Shown: in pieces, positions 46,752-58,318 of the stretch
How positions within the stretch are numbered: the stretch's first letter is position 1
Layout of the letters: every line of letters starts with the position of its first letter
Assembly (NCBI RefSeq): GCF_006345805.1
Contig: NW_021832282.1
Span: 1 to 64,000 of the forward strand
From: Octopus sinensis
Taxonomy: Eukaryota
Direction: 5' to 3'
DNA length: 64,000 nt
Position numbers and translations under genes: made by a program
The notes under the pieces: model-generated
Told to the model about the DNA's origin: nothing
The model's database searches: none
Seen by the model: the letters and a program-made list of their open reading frames with translations, nothing else

Positions 46752-47348
46752 ACAAAGAGAGTGCTGAAAAGTTCCTGGCTTTAAGGGTATCACAAAAGGC
46801 CTGGTTGGAGGCCCAAACTTCCAAGTTCGTTCACAGGGCTTAGAAAATCCGAAAGACCACTGTAATACACTTGCGTCAGAAATTAATTAGCACTTCTCAA
46901 ATTTCTACATTAAATAGGTTAAATCAATTAACCTATGAGCTGTTCAAAACGTCTTACGCGATGAGAAAACTTAGTATGGTGTGATTTCGGTCCTTGCGAG
47001 GCGCTACCTATATCTATTAAACAAAGGAAGATTTGTCTGCATCTGCACTCCAAGTTGTTGCACTGCTATGTCAACATCATAAGGCTGTAGACTCTCAAAC
47101 TGCTCTGCAAACAAAGTTACGTCATCGTTCTGCGCAACAGTGAACTCGCAACAAAGCAATAGTTCGAGATATGGCCACTAGGTGACAGCACATACCTTGA
47201 GTGAAGAGCAAATCAAGGGTGCTAATTAATTTCTGACGGTAGTGTAAGTTTATGAATCAGAGGAGAAAATTTTGAATAAAATCATAATTAACTGATCCTT
47301 CTGTATTAGCTTTTACCAAACCCCAGGAACTTTTCAGGACCCTCTCAT
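46752..47348 (+). mobile_element. Second mariner MITE copy, interrupted
   Basis: Same sequence, split by 46868-47244. Confidence 0.75.
46868..47244. mobile_element. Tc1/mariner-type MITE
   Basis: 26-bp TIR CACT(TG/AC)CGTCAGAAATTAATTAGCAC (24/26 match) with TA on both sides. Confidence 0.8.
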
Positions 47349-47419
47349 ATATATGGTTGTGTAGTGTATGTTACTGTCTCCTTCTTATATATATATAAGA
47401 ATCGAAATCGATCAATGGA

Positions 47420-47781
47420 AATTGCAGATGTGTTACCAGTGCCGGTGGCATGTAAGAGAACCTTCCGTTTCGCGACCGTTGCCAGCACCGCCCCGTTTCG
47501 TGTCCGTTGCCAGCCTCGCCTGGAACTCGTGCCGGTGGCACATAAAAAGCACCATCCGTTCGTGGCCGTTTGCCAGCTCTGTCTGGCACCTGTGCGGGTG
47601 GCACGTAAAAAGCACCCACTACACTCACGGAGTGGTTGGCGTTAGGAAGGGCATCCAGCCGTAGAAACACTGCCAGATTTGACTGGGCCTGATGAAGCCT
47701 TCTGGCTTCACAGACCCCAGTAGAACCGTCCAACCCATGCTAGCATGGAAAACGGACGCTAAACGATGATGATGATGATGA

Positions 47782-47785
<4 letters not shown>
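47420..47785 (+). mobile_element. Retroposon family D
   Basis: Family D motif and (GAT)n tail. Confidence 0.75.
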
Positions 47786-47818
<33 letters not shown>

Positions 47819-48256
47819 AACTGGTTACAATATAAACAAAACTGAAAACATAATAAAATAAAATACACAGATAAATAAACAAATGGAAGTAAATAACTAT
47901 ATACATTTTATTAAAAGTTTCTTTAAAAATATTTTTATAATTATTAATAGTATTGTTGTTATACATACATACAAGCATACTTAAAAATAATAATAATGAT
48001 AATGATAATAATAATATTAAGTGGGTGTAAACACATGAACAAAATAAGAATAAAAATAAACAAAAACAAATTACACGAACATATATAAACAGGAGATACA
48101 AATATTACAGGCCATTTCCCCACCCCACTAACTAAACATAGGCATACATAGAGGTATACGCATGCGCAAATGAAGACGCATACAATAGGAATACAAAATA
48201 CAAAATGGCTGATTGTTAGTAAGGAGAGACACACAAATAAGAAAGAAGAAAGCAAA

Positions 48257-48301
48257 GGACCACTGATGAGGTCATAGGAGTGTGCCGAAAGAACTCTGGC
48301 C
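48257..48301 (+). ncRNA. Minimal type I hammerhead ribozyme motif
   Basis: GGACCA CUGAUGA GGUCA-UAGGAGUG-UGCC GAAA G-AA-CUC UGGCC. Core intact; stems I and II each carry one bulge; stem III very short. Confidence 0.6.
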
Positions 48302-48431
48302 GAAATAAGATTAAGATTAATGTATAAAATAAATTACACTGAAGGAAATTAACACCAAATATAGAGTGCGTGTGTTTTTATTAGCTAAACTGGCAAAATG
48401 ACCATTCCGAAATATAACAATATATATATAA

Positions 48432-48676
48432 ATTAGAAAAAACCCCACCTTTTATCAATTCAATAATGAAAACATCAAATTATACCATTTAGAAAAATTA
48501 CATCCTATAGAAAGATTAAATACACCAAATATAGACGTTTTATTTATTATTTTGCCCATTATTTAATCATGGTATGTTTTATATTATATTTAATCTTTCT
48601 ATAAGATGTAATTTTTCTAAATGGTATAATGTAAATTTTTCATTATTGAATTGATAAAAAGTGTTTTTTTCCTAAT
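48432..48676. repeat. Inverted repeat, arms about 90 bp
   Basis: 48432-48522 versus 48587-48676. Confidence 0.8.
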
Positions 48677-48959
48677 ATATATATATATATATTATATTCT
48701 GTGAAATTTGATTAAGTCTTTCCTTGTTTGTTTTGCAAAATAGTGGTTTTGTCTCGAATTAATATTATATAATATTTTACTATAAAATTGGATTTCATCC
48801 TAAATCTGATTTTTTCCCTGTAAATTTGGATTTATTCCCTAATATTTATTATATATATATATATATATATATATTATATTTTGTGAAATTTGATTTAGTA
48901 TTTCTAAATTGAATTTTTCCCTGTAAGTTTGGAATAATTTCCCTCATATTATATATAGG

Positions 48960-49290
48960 AGCACTCTGTTGTGACGACGAGGGTCCCAGCTGATACAATC
49001 AACAGTACAGCCTGCTCGTGAAATTAATGTGTAAGTGGCTGAACACTCCACAGACACGTGTACCCCTAATGTAGTTCTCAGGGAGATTTGGCATAACAAA
49101 GTGTGACAAGGCCGGCCCTTTGAAATACAGGTACTACACGTTTTTGTCAGCTGAGTGGACTGGGGCAACGAGCAACATGAAATAAACTGTCTTGCTCAAG
49201 GTCACAATGTGTCGCTGTGAATTGAATTCATGACATTACGATCATGAGCAGCCAAATGCCCCTAACCACTAAGCCACGTGCCTTCACATA
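48960..49290 (-). mobile_element. Diverged SINE sharing the family B 3' region
   Basis: Contains gtgtaagtggctga..acacgtgtaccc. Confidence 0.65.
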
Positions 49291-49469
49291 CACACCCACA
49301 TATATACCCATAATATATAATAGTTGTATATGAATGTCCCTGACGTGCAAAAGATGTTCTTCATTGACAATCTTTGCAGAAACATATCTGGTCATGGGGA
49401 AACATTACCTTATTTGGAAGGTATGCAACAGAAAGAGCACCCAGCCGAAAAAAGAAAAAATCTGCCCCA

Positions 49470-49858
49470 GCAGGAGTGGTTGTGTGGTAAGTAGCTTGCT
49501 TACCAACCACATGGTTCTGGGTTCAGCCCCACTGCGTGGCATCTTGGGTAAGTGTCTTCTACTATAGCCTCGGGCCGACCAATGCCTTGTGAGTGGATTT
49601 GGTAGACAGAAACTGAAAGAAGCCTGTCATATATATGTATATATATATGTATGTGTGTGTTTGTCCCCCTAGCATTGCTTGACAACCGATGCTGATGTGT
49701 TTATGTCCCCGTTACTTAGCGGTTCGGCAAAAGAGACCGATAGAATAAGTACTGGGCTTACAAAAAGAATAAGTCCCGGGGTCGAGTTGCTAGATTAAAG
49801 GCGGTGCTCCAGCATGGCCGCAGTCAAATGACTGAAACAAGTAAAAGAGTAAAAGAGA
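49470..49858 (+). mobile_element. SINE A, antisense just downstream of the ZNF stop
   Basis: Ends about 50 bp from the stop at 49908. Confidence 0.9.
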
Positions 49859-49907
49859 GAGAGAGCAAAAGTTCTGTTTGATTCATGCAGGTATAGAAAA
49901 GTGGGCG

Positions 49908-52295
49908 TTAAAATGATGATGATGAGCGATATGGTGCCTCTCCTCCTTCAGTGTAGTTGTAAGTAGTTAAAGAATTTCCCTGAATGATCGATATATCATG
50001 GATATTGTTGTCATGGCCCTTCTCTCCTGCGTGAATACATTTGTGTTTAGCCAAGCGACCAGTCTCAGAGAAGGATTTACCACAGGTACCGCAATGATAT
50101 GGTTTCTCCCCTGTATGAATACGTTTGTGTTTAGTGAACTGGCTTCCATCAGAGAAAGATTTCCCGCAGACACCACAGTGGTATGGTCTCTCACCTGTAT
50201 GAATACGTTTGTGTATATTTAAGTCTCCACTCTGGGAGAAAGATTTACCACAGATATTACACTGATATGGCTTCTCTCCGGTATGAATACGGTTGTGTTT
50301 AGTTAGGTGTACCTTTTGACAGAATGATGCCCCACAGATATCGCAGTGATATGGCTTCTCTCCTGTATGAATGCGTCTGTGTTTCGTAAACTGACTTCGA
50401 TCGGAGAAAGATTTACCACAGATATCACAATGATATGGCTTCTCTCCCGTGTGAATACGTCTGTGTATTGTTAAGTCGCCGCTTTGCGAGAATGATTTAC
50501 CACAGATATCACACTGATACGGCTTCTCTCCCGTGTGAACACGTTTGTGTTTCGTTACATGTTCCTTCTGAGCGAACGACATACCACAGATATCACAGAA
50601 ATATGGCCTCTCTCCTGTATGAATACGCTTGTGTTTGGTAAACTGACTCCCATCAGAAAAATATTTCCCACAGATATCACAATGATATGGTTTCTCTCCT
50701 GTATGTGTACGTTTATGTACAGTTAAGTCACCACTTTGAGTAAATGATTTACCACAGATATCACACTGATACGGCTTCTCACCTGTATGAACGCGTTTGT
50801 GTTTAATCAGGTGTTCGTTCTGAGAGAATGATTTCCCACAGATGTTGCAATGATATGGCTTCTCACCTGTATGGATACGTCTGTGCTTGGTTAAGTGACT
50901 ATTTTCAGAGAAAGATTTACCACAGGTATCACACTGATATGATTTTTCTCTTGTATGAATACGTCTATGTTTAGTCAGGTCACTACTTCCAGAGAATGAT
51001 TTACCGCAGGTATCACAGCAAAATTGATTTTCTCCTGTATGAATACGCTTGTGTTTGGTAAACTGACTCCCATCAGAAAAATATTTCCCACAGATATCAC
51101 AATGATATGGTTTCTCTCCTGTATGTGTACGTTTATGTACAGTTAAGTCACCACTTTGAGTAAATGATTTACCACAGATATCACACTGATACGGCTTCTC
51201 ACCTGTATGAACGCGTTTGTGTTTAATCAGGTGTTCGTTCTGAGAGAATGATTTCCCACAGATGTTGCAATGATATGGCTTCTCACCTGTATGGATACGT
51301 CTGTGCTTGGTTAAGTGACTATTTTCAGAGAAAGATTTACCACAGGTATCACACTGATATGATTTTTCTCTTGTATGAATACGTCTATGTTTAGTCAGGT
51401 CACTACTTCCAGAGAATGATTTACCGCAGGTATCACAGCAAAATTGATTTTCTCCTGTATGAATACGTCTATGTTTAATTAGGTCACTACTTCCAGAGAA
51501 TGATTTACCGCAGGTATCACAGCAATACTGCTTCTCACCTGTATGAGTAAACATGTGAGTAGTGAGGTTACATTTTTGAGAGAATGATTTACCGCAGGTA
51601 TCACAGCAAAATTGATTTTCTCCTGTATGAATACGTCTATGTTTAGTTAGGTCACTACTTCCAGAGAATGATTTACCGCAGGTATCACAGCAATACTGCT
51701 TCTCACCTGTATGAGTAAACATGTGAGTAGTGAGGTTACATTTTTGAGAGAATGATTTACCGCAGGTATCACAGCAATACTGCTTCTCACCTGTATGAGT
51801 ATACATGTGAGTGGTGAGGTTATATTTTTGAGAGAATGATTTACCGCAGGTATCACAGCAATACTGCTTCTCACCTGTATGAGTAAACATGTGAGTGGTG
51901 AGGTTATATTTTTGAGAGAATGATTTACCGCAGGTATCACAGCAATACTGCTTCTCACCTGTATGAGTATACATGTGAGTGGTGAGGTTAGATTTTTGAG
52001 AGAATGATTTACCAGAGGTATCACAATTATATGGTTTCTCACCTGTATGAATACGTTTGTGTTCAATTAAATGGTCATTTTGTGATACTGACACACCACA
52101 GATGTCACAGTGATACGGTTTTTCTCCTGTGTGAGCACGTTTATGAGCTGTAAGGTTCCATTTCTGAGAAAATAATTTACCACACACATCGCAGTCATAT
52201 AATGTCTTTTCATTCTCTTCCTTTACAACCTGGAGACCAATTATTTCTGATTGCGTTTCCCATTCATCCTTGTCCTCACAAAATTCATTCTCCAT
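49908..52295 (-). CDS. Poly-C2H2 zinc-finger protein, 26 fingers (finger 3 degenerate, CDTS)
   Basis: 795-aa ORF: short acidic N-terminus ([17 protein letters not shown]) followed by a finger array with TGEKPY/TGEKQY linkers. Confidence 0.95.
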   Translation of the reverse strand: MENEFCEDKDEWETQSEIIGLQVVKEENEKTLYDCDVCGKLFSQKWNLTAHKRAHTGEKPYHCDICGVSVSQNDHLIEHKRIHTGEKPYNCDTSGKSFSQKSNLTTHMYTHTGEKQYCCDTCGKSFSQKYNLTTHMFTHTGEKQYCCDTCGKSFSQKYNLTTHMYTHTGEKQYCCDTCGKSFSQKCNLTTHMFTHTGEKQYCCDTCGKSFSGSSDLTKHRRIHTGENQFCCDTCGKSFSQKCNLTTHMFTHTGEKQYCCDTCGKSFSGSSDLIKHRRIHTGENQFCCDTCGKSFSGSSDLTKHRRIHTREKSYQCDTCGKSFSENSHLTKHRRIHTGEKPYHCNICGKSFSQNEHLIKHKRVHTGEKPYQCDICGKSFTQSGDLTVHKRTHTGEKPYHCDICGKYFSDGSQFTKHKRIHTGENQFCCDTCGKSFSGSSDLTKHRRIHTREKSYQCDTCGKSFSENSHLTKHRRIHTGEKPYHCNICGKSFSQNEHLIKHKRVHTGEKPYQCDICGKSFTQSGDLTVHKRTHTGEKPYHCDICGKYFSDGSQFTKHKRIHTGERPYFCDICGMSFAQKEHVTKHKRVHTGEKPYQCDICGKSFSQSGDLTIHRRIHTGEKPYHCDICGKSFSDRSQFTKHRRIHTGEKPYHCDICGASFCQKVHLTKHNRIHTGEKPYQCNICGKSFSQSGDLNIHKRIHTGERPYHCGVCGKSFSDGSQFTKHKRIHTGEKPYHCGTCGKSFSETGRLAKHKCIHAGEKGHDNNIHDISIIQGNSLTTYNYTEGGEAPYRSSSSF

Positions 52296-52337
52296 AATTT
52301 TTCTTTTTATACCACAGTGTATAGAATGTATAAAATG

Positions 52338-53935
52338 TATGGATCTTCTTGAGTAGTATGGGTTTTCTTTAGTATGGCTCTTCTTGAGTAGTATGGGTTT
52401 TCTTGAGTAATATGGGTCTTTTTGAGTAGTATGGGTCTTCTTGATTAATATGGGTCTTCTTGAGTAGTATGGGTTTTCTTGAGTAATATGGGTCTTTTTG
52501 AGTAGTATGGGTCTTCTTGAGTAATATGGGTTTTCTTGAGTAATATGGGTCTTTTTGAGTAGTATGGGTTTTCTTGAGTAATATGGGTCTTCTTGAGTAG
52601 TATGGGTCTTCTTGAGTAATATGGGTCTTCTTGAGTAGTATGGGTCTTCTTGAGTAATATGGGTCTTCTTGAGGAATATGGGTCTTTTTGAGTAGTATGG
52701 GTCTTCTTGAGTAATATGGGTCTTCTTGAGGAATATGGGTCTTTTTGAGTAATATGGGTCTTCTTGAGTAATATGGGTCTTCTTAAGTAATATGGGTCTT
52801 CTTGAGTAATATGGGTCTTCTTGAGTAGTATGGGTCTTTTTGAGTAGTATGGGTCTTCTTGAGTAATATGGGTCTTCTTGAGTAGTATGGGTCTTCTTGA
52901 GTAATATGGGTCTTTTTGAGTAGTATGGGTCTTCTTGAGTAATATGGGTCTTTTTGAGTAATATGGATCTTTTTGAGTAATATGGGTCTTTTTGAGTAAT
53001 ATGGGTCTTTTCGAGTAATATGGGTCTTTTTGAGTAATATGGGTCTTCTTGAGTAGTATAGGTTTTCTTGAGTAGTATGGGTCTTCTTGAGTAATATGGG
53101 TTTTCTTGAGTAATATGGGTCTTCTTGAGTAGTATAGGTTTTCTTGAGTAGTATGGGTCTTCTTGAGTAATATGGTTTTCTTGAGTAATATGGGTCTTTT
53201 TGAGTAGTATGGGTCTTCTTGATTAATATGGGTCTTCTTGAGTAGTATGGGTTTTCTTGAGTAATATGGGTCTTTTTGAGTAGTATGGGTCTTCTTGAGT
53301 AATGGGTCTTCTTGAGTAATATGGGTTTTCTTGAGTAATATGGGTCTTTTTGAGTAGTATGGGTTTTCTTGAGTATATGGGTCTTCTTGAGTAGTATGGG
53401 TCTTCTTGAGTAATATGGGTCTTCTTGAGTAATATGGGTCTTCTTGAGTAATATGGGTCTTCTTGAGTAATATGGGTCTTTTTGAGTAATATGGGTCTTC
53501 TTGAGTAATATGGGTCTCTTGAGTAATATGGGTCTTTTTGAGTAATATGGGTCTTCTTGAGTAATATGGGTCTTCTTAAGTAATATGGGTCTTCTTGAGT
53601 AGTATGGGTCTTTTTGAGTAGTATGGGTCTTCTTGAGTAATATGGGTCTTCTTGAGTAATATGGGTCTTTTTGAGTAGTATGGGTCTTCTTGAGTAATAT
53701 GGGTCTTTTTGAGTAATATGGATCTTTTTGAGTAATATGGGTCTTTTTGAGTAATATGGGTCTTTTTGAGTAATATGGGTCTTCTTGAGTAGTATAGGTT
53801 TTCTTGAGTAGTATGGGTCTTCTTGAGTAATATGGGTTTTCTTGAGTAATATGGGTCTTCTTGAGTAGTATAGGTTTTCTTGAGTAGTATGGGTCTTCTT
53901 GAGTAATATGGGTTTTCTTGAGTAATATGGGTCTT
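52338..53935. repeat. 20-bp minisatellite, about 80 copies
   Basis: TTCTTGAGTA(A/G)TATGGGTCT with few variants. Confidence 0.95.
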
Positions 53936-54489
53936 GTGTGTTTAATTTGAAAGCATAACCATCTTGTAAATATTGCAAAGAGAAAAGAAGGAAAAAGTTA
54001 TTAATTTTAATTCAGGTGTTATATTACCTGTCTGAAGAGAATTGCTGTCATTTATCATAATTTAAAATAATATTTAATTGTTTGTATTTTTCACAAATTA
54101 TTCTTCCTCCACAGTTATATTTCCATCAATTGCAATTTTTGTTAATCGAAGATTCTACACAAACAGTCAACTTTGACCCTACAAAATCCATTTTCCATAA
54201 TTTTTCTTCTTTCACCACAGAGTATAAAGATATCCGTCTTCTTTCTTGTTTTGCCTTTTGATTTAATCCTAATATCTGTAATTTTCGTCAATATCCGAAG
54301 ATGAAGATGTCACACAAAATTAACCAATGAATTTTGTCCGCTTTTAATTTGAAACCAATATTACAAAGAGAAAAGAAGGAAATTGTCATCAATTTTAATT
54401 CAGGCGTTTCGTATCTGAAGAGAATTGCTGTCGTTTATCATAATTTAAAATAATATTTACATGTTTGTATTTTTCACAAATTATTCTTC

Positions 54490-55115
54490 CTCCAATTGTT
54501 GTCAATGATCGAAGATTCTACAAAAACAGTGTAGATTTAATCCTAATATCTGTTTTTTCTTCAATTTTTGCATTTTCAACCAATCAATGACGTCTATTGA
54601 GGTAAAAAAACATTCTGTGCATAATGAATATGTCCCTCGTTTAAGAAACAGATTGGGTTTATTTACATTTCTGAAGAAAAAAAAAGATACATTTCCCCCC
54701 AACCACTAACCCTAAAACAGATTGAAATGCAATAGATCGATACTAGGGTAATAATTATGGGTGACAATTTCATATGACACCGCTAGAAAAAACTGCCGTT
54801 CAAACCGAAAAGATCCAAAACAAATTTACATTTCCATTAATTGCAATTGTTGTCAATGATCGAAGATTCTACACAAACAGTGTAGATTTAATCCTAATAT
54901 CTGTTTTTTCTTCAATTTTTGCAATTTCAACCAATCAATGACGTCTATTGAGGTAAAAAAAACATTCTGTACCGTATGAATATGTCCCTCGTTTAAGAAA
55001 CAGATTGGGTTTGATTGATTGATTGATTCTAGTTTCAGCTCATGAGCTGTGGCCATGCTGGGGCACCGCCATATATTTACATTTCTGAAGAAAAAAAAAG
55101 ATACACTTCCCCCCA
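54490..55115 (+). mobile_element. Two partial copies of the same MITE
   Basis: Right TIR ends at 54816; second partial copy at about 54900-55115. Confidence 0.75.
55013..55071 (-). mobile_element. About 60-bp 3' end of the same LINE family with (ATCA)n tail
   Basis: Matches 19398-19440; interrupts a MITE copy. Confidence 0.75.
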
Positions 55116-55429
55116 ACCAAAGATCCAATGATCGAAGATTCTACACAAACAGTCAATGTTGTCCCCACAAAATCCCTTTTCCATAATTCTTCTTCTTTCA
55201 CCACAGAGTAATAAATACATTCGCCTTCTTTCTGTTTTGCCTTTTGTTTTAATCCTAACAACAACTCTGAGTTTTGTGAAGATCCAAAGATGCTACACAA
55301 ACTAATTAATAAAATCTGTCCAAGTTTTAATTGTGGAAAGCAAAGAAGAAAAAATATATCAATTTTAATCCAGAAGCAATTTTTACTTCATTGAAGAGAA
55401 TTGCTGTTAACTATCTTCATTCAGAAGGG

Positions 55430-55975
55430 GGCGAGCTGGCAGAAATGTTAGCACTGTCTTGTTTGTCCCCTCTGTGTTTAGCCCCTTGTGGGTAGTAAAG
55501 AAATAGGTATTTCGTCTGCCGCTACGTTCTGAGTTCAAATTCCACCGAGGTCGACTTTGCCTTTCATCCTTTCAGGGTCGATAAATTAAGTACCAGTTAC
55601 GCACTGGGTCGATGAAGTCGACTTAATCGCTTTGTCTGTCCTTGTTTGTCCCCTCTGTGTTTAGCCCCTTGTGGGTAGTAAAGAAATAGGTATTTCGTCT
55701 GCCGCTACGTTCTGAGTTCAAATTCTGCCGAGGTTGACTTTGCCTTTCATCCTTTCGGGGTCGATAAATTAAGTACCAGTTACGCACTGGGTCGATGGAG
55801 TCGACTTAATCGCTTTGTCTGTCCTTGTTTGTCCCCTCTATGTTTAGCCCCTTGTGGCTAGTAAAGAAATATATCTTCATTCAGAAGGTGGCGAGCAGGC
55901 AGAAACGTTAGCACTGTCTTGTTTGTCCCCTCTATGTTTAGCCCCTTGTGGCTAGTAAAGAAATATATCTTCATT
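55430..55975 (+). mobile_element. Tandem SINE E multimers
   Basis: Repeated headless units of about 180 bp. Confidence 0.85.
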
Positions 55976-56126
55976 CAGAAATAATATTTCACCACAATTC
56001 ACCAGATTCATAAAACTGCAGTTTTAGATCTTTTCTGTATATTTTTCTTCAGTTTTTTTTTAGTCAGAAAAAGATGAAAACTGTTAAGGAAGTATCGGGT
56101 CTTGGGTTGCAATGTCATCGGATAAT

Positions 56127-56155
56127 CTAAAATAGAAAAAAAAGAAAAAATAGTT
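56127..56155 (-). promoter_or_regulatory. Splice acceptor upstream of the minus-strand ZNF
   Basis: Minus strand ttttttctttttttctattttag, then ATTATCCGATG, resembling the exon start ATTACCCTATG of the other ZNF. Confidence 0.55.
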
Positions 56156-56169
56156 TTAGATAGAAAGGA

Positions 56170-56400
56170 TATGTAGTGACGTCATATTCCAGTGTGCGCA
56201 CACACGTCATTCTTCAGTGTGCGTGTGCGGGGCTGGAACCTTCTGGAAAGGCATAAGGAAGTTCCCTCATGCACATGCGCTAGAGACTGAAGAAGAAATT
56301 CTATCGTGTTCCTTAATAGCGTCGGGGACTTGAGACACGGCGATAGAAGAGAAAGGACGTATTTTTAAACGTGATCAGCCTATTCTCCTGTCACAGACGC
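56170..56400. promoter_or_regulatory. CpG-richer promoter-like segment
   Basis: TGACGTCA (CRE, about 56177), GTGCGCA and GCACATGCGC (NRF1-like) in unique sequence; direction not determinable. Confidence 0.35.
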
Positions 56401-56754
56401 TTAGGATTTAACCTGTTCTATTGCTGCTGAATTGTTGTAAGAAGCTTACAAACGTTAGAATTCAGCCTTGCTGTGTTGAACTAGGTGGATACCAGTATAC
56501 CATCGTGTTTCATTGTTGAACCAAGAGAATAAAGAATTGTATATATTTTTAAACTTGCGTTTCGTTCCTGACTGGTAGTTTCTAGAAACAAAAAGAAAGG
56601 AAATTGTGTTGCACCCCAAAAGTGTAAAGAAGCAACCAGTTCTCTTTACAGATACTTAAATAGAGATATAGATATGAGTAGGCAAAGTTGTATGATAAAA
56701 AGTTTGCTTCTGAACCACAAGATTCCGAGTTCAGTCCCACTGTGTAACATTTTA

Positions 56755-57110
56755 CATTAGCACGCCAAGCAAAATGCTTAGCGGTATTTCGTCTGTTTTT
56801 ACATTCTGAGTTCAAATTCTGCCGAGGCTGACTTTGCCTGTCATCCTTTCAGGGTCGATAAATAAAGTACCAGTTATGCACTGGGGTCGATGTAATTGAC
56901 TTAATCCGTTTGTCTCTCCTTGTTTGTCCCCACCTCCACATTTAGCCCCCTTGTGGGTAGTAAAGAAATAGGTATTTCATCTGTTTTATGTTCTGAGTTC
57001 GAATTCTGCTGAGGTTAACTTTGCCTTTCATCCTTTCGGGGTCGATAAATTAAGTACCAGTTCCATATTGGGGTCGATCTAATTGACTGGCCCCCTCCCT
57101 TAAAATTTTG
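56755..57110 (+). mobile_element. Tandem SINE E dimer
   Basis: Two central domains in tandem. Confidence 0.8.
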
Positions 57111-57199
57111 GGCCTTGGACAAGTGTCTTCTACTATAGTCCCAGGCCAAATTAAGCCTTATGAGTAGATTTGATAGATGGAAACTGAAAGAAGCCCATC

Positions 57200-58317
57200 A
57201 TGGCTTGACGGGTCCTCTCAAGCAGAGCACATCGCCAAAGACCTTGGTTACCAGTCATTGCTTCTGTGAGGCTCAAAGTTCAAAGATCATGCTTCACCAG
57301 CTCGCCCCATGTCTTCCTGGGTCTACCTCTGCCACAGGTTCCCTCCACAGTTAGAGATCAGCACTTCTTTACACAACTGTACTCGTCCAAACACATCAGA
57401 TGGTCATGCTAGTGCAGTCATAATTTCCACGTAACTAAACACTTTTAAACTTCGTATACTGGTAGAATGTGTTTATAAAACATCTTTTTCTCTTGGCTTT
57501 ATTGAGAAAATTCTAGTTTGTAAGATATTTGTTGTTTATTTTCTTCAGTTTCAACCAATCAATGACGTCTATTGAGTTAAAAAAAACATTCTGGGCCGTA
57601 TGAATATGTCCCTCGTTTAAGAAACAAATTGGGTGTATTTACATTTGCGAAGAAATAAAAGATACTCTTCCCCTCACCCCTAACCCTAAAACAGATTGAA
57701 ATGCAATAGATCGATACTAGGGTCATAATTATGGGTGACAATTTCATATGACACCGCTAGAAAAAACTGCCGTTCAAACCGAAAAGATCCCAAACTAGTT
57801 TTATAGAAGCTTCTTTCAAAATTTCTGTTTTGTTTTTCACATAGGCGCAGGAGTGGCTGTGTGGTAAGTAGCTTGCTAACCAACCACCTGATTCCTCGTA
57901 TGCCTAACTTTTCTCTCAAAATGCTTACATTCTGTCAAACATGCACACTGACAGTGCACATCCAGTGGAGCATACTGGCTTCATTTCTTTTAAGCCTACG
58001 CATGTCCTCAGCTGTCATAGCCCATGTTTCATTGCCATGCAGCACAGCTGTTCAGATGCAGGCATCAACAATGTACCTTTCACTCTGAGAGAGGGCCCTT
58101 TGTTGCCAACAGGGGTAGGAGCTTTCTGAACTTTGCCCAGCCTAATCTCATTCTCACAGCTATGCTCTCAGAACATCCACCTCCACTACTAACTTGGTCA
58201 CCTAGATAATGGAAGCTATCTACGACCTCTAGTTTGCTTCCCCGACAGTCGATGGAGTCTATTTTCTGCATATTTTCAGCATTTATTGTACCTGTGCACC
58301 TTTTACATACAAGTTCA
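57200..58317 (-). mobile_element. Degenerate RTE-clade LINE fragment interrupted at 57420-57880
   Basis: LEVVDSFHYLGDQVSSGGGC..LGWAKFRKLLPLL, LREKLGIRGI, VEGTCGRGRPRKTW; stops and frameshifts. Confidence 0.85.
57420..57790 (+). mobile_element. Same MITE lacking its left TIR
   Basis: Near-identical to the reverse complement of 58920-59270. Confidence 0.8.
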
Positions 58318-58318
58318 G

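Noticed and set aside
47689-47715. CTGATGA followed by hairpin AGCC/GGCT
   Set aside because: No GAAA box after the stem; a chance variant inside a family D copy.
52338-53935. CRISPR-like regularity (also the 56-bp and 292-bp arrays)
   Set aside because: No unique spacers, no cas genes, eukaryotic context.
53223-53978. 251-aa ORF with TQEDPYYSRRPILLKKTHI repeats
   Set aside because: Three 20-bp units give a 20-aa period automatically; indels and stops elsewhere in the array show no frame conservation.
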